64,000 nucleotides of DNA from Macrostomum lignano (lineage: Eukaryota): positions 62,001 to 126,000 of the forward strand of contig NIVC01002996.1 of assembly GCA_002269645.1 (NCBI GenBank). The letters run 5' to 3'. Positions 62,201-64,000 of this stretch are shown in pieces; the first letter of the stretch is position 1, and each line of letters begins with the position of its first letter. The notes under the pieces were generated by a model. It ran no database searches. It worked only from the letters and a program-made list of their open reading frames with translations, and was not told where the DNA came from. Both the position numbers and the translations under genes were made by a program.

Positions 62201-63149
62201 TGACCTGCCATTGGCAGCTCTGCTACCGCATTCGAGTGAATGGGGGCGTTGCATCGTGGCCCTAGTGCAGCTGCTTGTTGATGCTCAAAATGCGGTGATT
62301 GATGCCAGCGCTATCAAAACGGAGAAAATATCACTGGACGATATAGATCAGGCTGCTGTGATACCACGGGATCTAGAAGCGGGCCTCCTGCCGATACTAC
62401 TGGCTAATAGTAGCTACTCGCTCAAAGATGCAGCCTGTGTTGAATATGATTTCAAGAGTCTCGAGTGCCAACTGGTGGACTTCTTGGCGCGCGGCCGTTG
62501 CCGAATAGCTCCTCTCTTATCACCAATCGTCTACAAGGACGAGGTACATCTGATGCAGCTCTTCAAGCGTCTGGAGCGAACTGTACCACAAAACTCAGCT
62601 CCGTCAAGCGTCCCACTGACTCAGGCGCTAAGCTCAAATCTGCCTCACGAGTTAAGAGACATCACTGAACTCTTGGATGACTCGTTGCCTGCAGCCATGC
62701 GTTTCCTAATCTCGCTGGCGCCGAAGGACACACAAGAGTTGCTGCATGCCTTCATGACTGAAAGGCTTGCAATGCCAGGTCTGCCCACACCACAGCTGCA
62801 GCGCAGCGTCACATTAGCGGATACTAAGCTGCTCTGGATGTTCCTGGACCATCTGCGTTGCCGCTGTCTAATCCGAAGTGACTTGAACCCGTTTGAAGAC
62901 TGTGGTGAGGTGATCGAGCTGCCAATGGAGTTGCCGAAAGAGCTGAAGAATCGGCGCTCAATTCTTATGGAGAAGCTGCATGCCTTCATCAGGCTGGAGC
63001 TGAGCAGTGGGCCAGCAATTTACGAGGGCATGGAGCTGCAGGAAGTGTGTGACATCTTTCCCGAGTACGATGAATTCAGCGCTTTCGACGGGAGCTTCTT
63101 GTGCGAGCACGCGGTTGCTGTCTGGACCGCTCTCAATCGCATGGAGTGA
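40886..63149 (+). CDS. RNF213: RNF213 (mysterin)-like giant AAA+ ATPase / E3 ubiquitin ligase, about 5,200 aa. Exons: 40886-43104, 43687-43950, (44103-44159 optional), 44311-44524, 44747-45094, 45205-45312, 46009-46140, 46222-46414, 48524-48829, 48976-49049, 49237-56429, 56532-56679, 56752-57394, 57501-57764, 57862-57968, 58044-59016, 59400-59549, 60287-60569, 61114-61148, 61248-63149
   Basis: Walker A GETGCGKT and GKPGSSKS; Walker B IVFFDEVNT and VVVLDEIGLAE; ALDPAKMNRG, SSFPKDQEY, YESLYDALNQYY, VDLGLGTHR, FTDRDGNL; RING and RZ finger. GT-AG introns with consistent phases. Two -1 frameshifts near 55040 and 55183. Small middle exons are less certain. Confidence 0.93.
41255..42290 (+). repeat. 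Coding 42-bp VNTR (14 aa, VEETPNTGDRDQGRP type), about 24 units, in RNF213 exon 1
   Basis: Direct reading; open in the gene frame throughout. Confidence 0.95.
44050..44277. repeat. Dispersed repeat (probable DNA-transposon end) in an RNF213 intron
   Basis: Homologous pieces at 31187-31330 (inverted) and about 32548-32625. Its end motif gtagttctactgttaa also occurs inverted near 39040-39056. Confidence 0.65.
46895..48002. mobile_element. Non-autonomous hAT-like element
   Basis: 12-bp TIR tagggatgtcga / tcgacatcccta. 8-bp TSD gttgtaca / gttgtata (one mismatch). Subterminal ccccgggg repeats at both ends. Confidence 0.82.
47511..47792. mobile_element. Small foldback MITE nested in the hAT element
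   Basis: cataagaccgaaatttcacaacgccgaaa occurs tandemly on the left and as a reverse complement on the right. Confidence 0.75.
58053..58181 (+). other. RING finger of the RNF213-like protein, with Asp in place of the His ligand
   Basis: CSKC-x11-C-A-D-RL-CAEC-x14-CPIC, read across the acceptor at 58043. Confidence 0.8.
59156..59223. repeat. (ATCT)n microsatellite, about 17 units
   Basis: Direct reading. Confidence 0.97.
59871..59942. mobile_element. Very short MITE remnant
   Basis: Inverted ends tggcggatccagg / cctggatccacca. Confidence 0.55.
61114..61316 (+). other. RZ finger (RNF213/ZNFX1 type), split over two exons
   Basis: CCPNGHPYVLGE|CTQGWVKYKCHECAADIGGQKH. Confidence 0.88.
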
Positions 63150-64000
63150 TGCCGATTGTGCTTTGGTTTTTAGATTGACAAAACAATTGAATCCCCGTTC
63201 CCCATATGATTCCCTATACTCACTAACTAGCTATACTCACTATACTTACTATACTCACTATACTCACTAATGAGTGATGAGGCAAATCATGCTGGAATTA
63301 GTCGGAAAACTATTACTGAAAAATTCGAATGCAAGTAGATATGGCTAATACCTCGGAAAGTAATTTGTTTTTTAAAACTGTCGGTCTGCTTTTTCTCGCA
63401 CAGACAAGTTTCGTATTGAAATTCAGAAGCACAAAACAAGCAAAGCAAGCCTCATTGCTATGATCAGTTATTTGGTGATGTGTTTGCATGGTCACAAATT
63501 GTAGTTTTACTGTTCCATACAATATTTAATCCCACTTTTAATAAATATCTTTCATTATTTATTAGCTAACTATCAAAACAATAACCACCATTCTTATTCT
63601 GCTAGCAGCTAGCTAGCTAACTATATTTATACTTTGATCGGTCCCTTGTTGTAGGTGTGATTGCATGTTCAAAATGGAAGTTACATTTTATTTACAATAT
63701 TTAACCTCTACTTATCGTTTTAATCTATTTTTAATAACAGAAAAAATCAATCCAACGTTTTTATTCTTCTAGCAGCTCATAATTACTCTCACAATTACTG
63801 GTATTCATGTTTAAAAATTTTATGTTATATTTTGTGATTTCTCATCACAGAAGCAAATTTTACTGTCATAAAAATATTTACCCAAAAATGTCTATTGTTT
63901 TATTCGATAAACTTTTAAACGTGTTTATTCCGATTTTATATTAAATTTAATCAGCTATTTTTGTAGCGAACAACTTGCTATTCTGAGACTGAGCTCGAAG

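Overview
Eukaryotic (animal) genomic DNA. GC-rich exons, minisatellite-filled introns and closely spaced co-oriented genes resemble the flatworm Macrostomum; that assignment is an inference. Genes: the first two coding exons of an SSBP/SSDP (LisH) gene (-); a single-exon polyQ/polyA zinc-finger gene (-); a compact co-oriented cluster NDUFAF8-like > TTC36 > OPA1 (-) with splice acceptors just upstream of the downstream ATGs (operon-like); and a spliced RNF213/mysterin-like giant AAA+ ATPase/E3 ligase of about 5,200 aa (+). Mobile DNA: a satellite-carrying Helitron inside an OPA1 intronic satellite; a Penelope-like retroelement forming a 1,420-bp inverted repeat with a hammerhead ribozyme in each arm, inserted in the LTR of a miniature LTR element; a full tRNA-derived SINE nested in a MITE nested in a satellite; and other MITEs. 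About 20 tandem arrays are present. Single-base frameshifts occur in OPA1 (one) and RNF213 (two). Two AT-rich blocks are strongly CpG-depleted. All exon models and alignments were made by eye.
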